Shown in pieces: positions 63,156-64,000 of a stretch of 64,000 bases of DNA. Below the pieces are notes generated by a model. It ran no database searches. It was not told where the DNA came from and saw only the letters and a program-made list of their open reading frames with translations. The DNA is from Candidatus Dormiibacterota bacterium. GTDB lineage: Bacteria; Chloroflexota; Dormibacteria; Aeolococcales; Aeolococcaceae. Position numbers and translations under genes: made by a program. The stretch lies in NCBI GenBank assembly GCA_963718525.1, contig OY970355.1, forward strand, positions 1,920,001 through 1,984,000, given 5' to 3'. Numbering within the stretch: position 1 is the stretch's first letter; every line of letters begins with the position of its first letter.

Positions 63156-63908
63156 ATGATGGATCCGGAAAAATACGCAGCCGCGACAGTGGTGTCACGT
63201 CGCGACCCGGCACCGGACCTCTGGATCATCCGGATCCGTCCCGAGATCGAGCTTCCCTACCGCCCCGGACAGTACGTGACCCTCGGGCTGCAGTCGAACG
63301 GCCGGGTCATCGAGCGGCCGTACTCGATCTGCTCGTCGCCACTCGAGGATGAGATCGAGCTCTTCATCGAGCGGGTTCCGGAAGGGGAGCTCTCGGACCC
63401 GCTGTTCGCCCTCGGTGTCGGCGGCAAGGTCATCGTCCGCCGGCGGACCAAAGGCCTCTTCCTCCGCGAGGCACCCCTCCTGGACGAGCCACACCTGTTC
63501 GCCGCCACGGTCACCGGGATCGCACCCTTCGTCAGCCTGTTGCGGACTCTCGCCACACGCGCTCGCGCCGGTGAATGGGCCCCGGTGCCGGTCGTCGCAC
63601 TCCAGGGCGCGGCTCGCTCGGTCGAACTCGGGTACGCGGACGAGCTCGTCGCGCTGGATCACGAGTTCGATTGGTTCACGTACGTGCCGACCGTGAGCCG
63701 GCCGTGGGAAGACCCCGAATGGACGGGCGAGCTCGGCAGGGTCGAGGACGTGATGCGCAAGTACGCCGACGCAGCCGGGATCCGACCGGGAAATGGCGGT
63801 GTCTTCCTGTGCGGTCACCCCGGGATGATCGGGGGGGCACGAGCGATCATGCGCCGCGCGGGGTTCGACAACAAGGCAATCCGCGAAGAGCAGTACTGGC
63901 CGGATTGA
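63156..63908 (+). CDS. fpr: Ferredoxin--NADP reductase (bacterial FPR-type)
   Basis: PGQY, RPYSICS, GELS, TGIAPF, VPTVSR, FLCGHPGMI, EQYW. Confidence 0.85.
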   Translation: MMDPEKYAAATVVSRRDPAPDLWIIRIRPEIELPYRPGQYVTLGLQSNGRVIERPYSICSSPLEDEIELFIERVPEGELSDPLFALGVGGKVIVRRRTKGLFLREAPLLDEPHLFAATVTGIAPFVSLLRTLATRARAGEWAPVPVVALQGAARSVELGYADELVALDHEFDWFTYVPTVSRPWEDPEWTGELGRVEDVMRKYADAAGIRPGNGGVFLCGHPGMIGGARAIMRRAGFDNKAIREEQYWPD

Positions 63909-64000
63909 TGCTCGCCTCGATCGACTGGGTGACCCTGCATCAGAAGTTCGGGTTCATCGTCGTGGTGGCCGCGGTGCTCGGCGCGCTCGTGGCGCTGTTC
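63908..64000 (+). CDS. Membrane protein (partial, runs off window end)
   Basis: TGATG coupling with fpr; MLASIDWVTLHQKFGFIVVVAAVLGALVALF hydrophobic. Confidence 0.5.
   Translation, partial: MLASIDWVTLHQKFGFIVVVAAVLGALVALF

Overview
High-GC bacterial chromosomal window, densely coding (about 65 CDS and one tRNA-Gly(TCC)). It has no rRNA, CRISPR array, integrase or transposase. The gene content suggests a monoderm soil organism (Actinomycetota, Chloroflexota or Dormibacterota-like); this is inference only. Housekeeping genes include thyX, a chdC-like gene, tatA, rsgA, metG, rmlA/rmlD, trpS and tyrS. Main points: (1) a UDP-sulfoquinovose synthase (sqdB) in a GT2 / two GT-C / flippase-like cluster with no sulfolipid synthase in the window, suggesting lipid-carrier-dependent sulfoquinovosylation of the cell surface; (2) an archaeal (Thermococcales-like) TyrRS; (3) a rifamycin-associated-element (RAE)-like palindrome forming a symmetric bidirectional promoter ahead of a Rox-like monooxygenase; (4) all five clear single-base frameshifts, plus a likely sixth, are the same +1 insertion in GACTC/GAGTC, which points to a motif-specific sequencing error and probably a DNA modification; (5) a STAND-type adenylate cyclase pair coupled to an MFS-cNMP-binding fusion; (6) a WxL/DUF916 surface module coupled to a REC-HD-GYP-REC-LuxR protein and a PAS hybrid kinase. 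All calls come from reading motifs by eye; no database searches were run.
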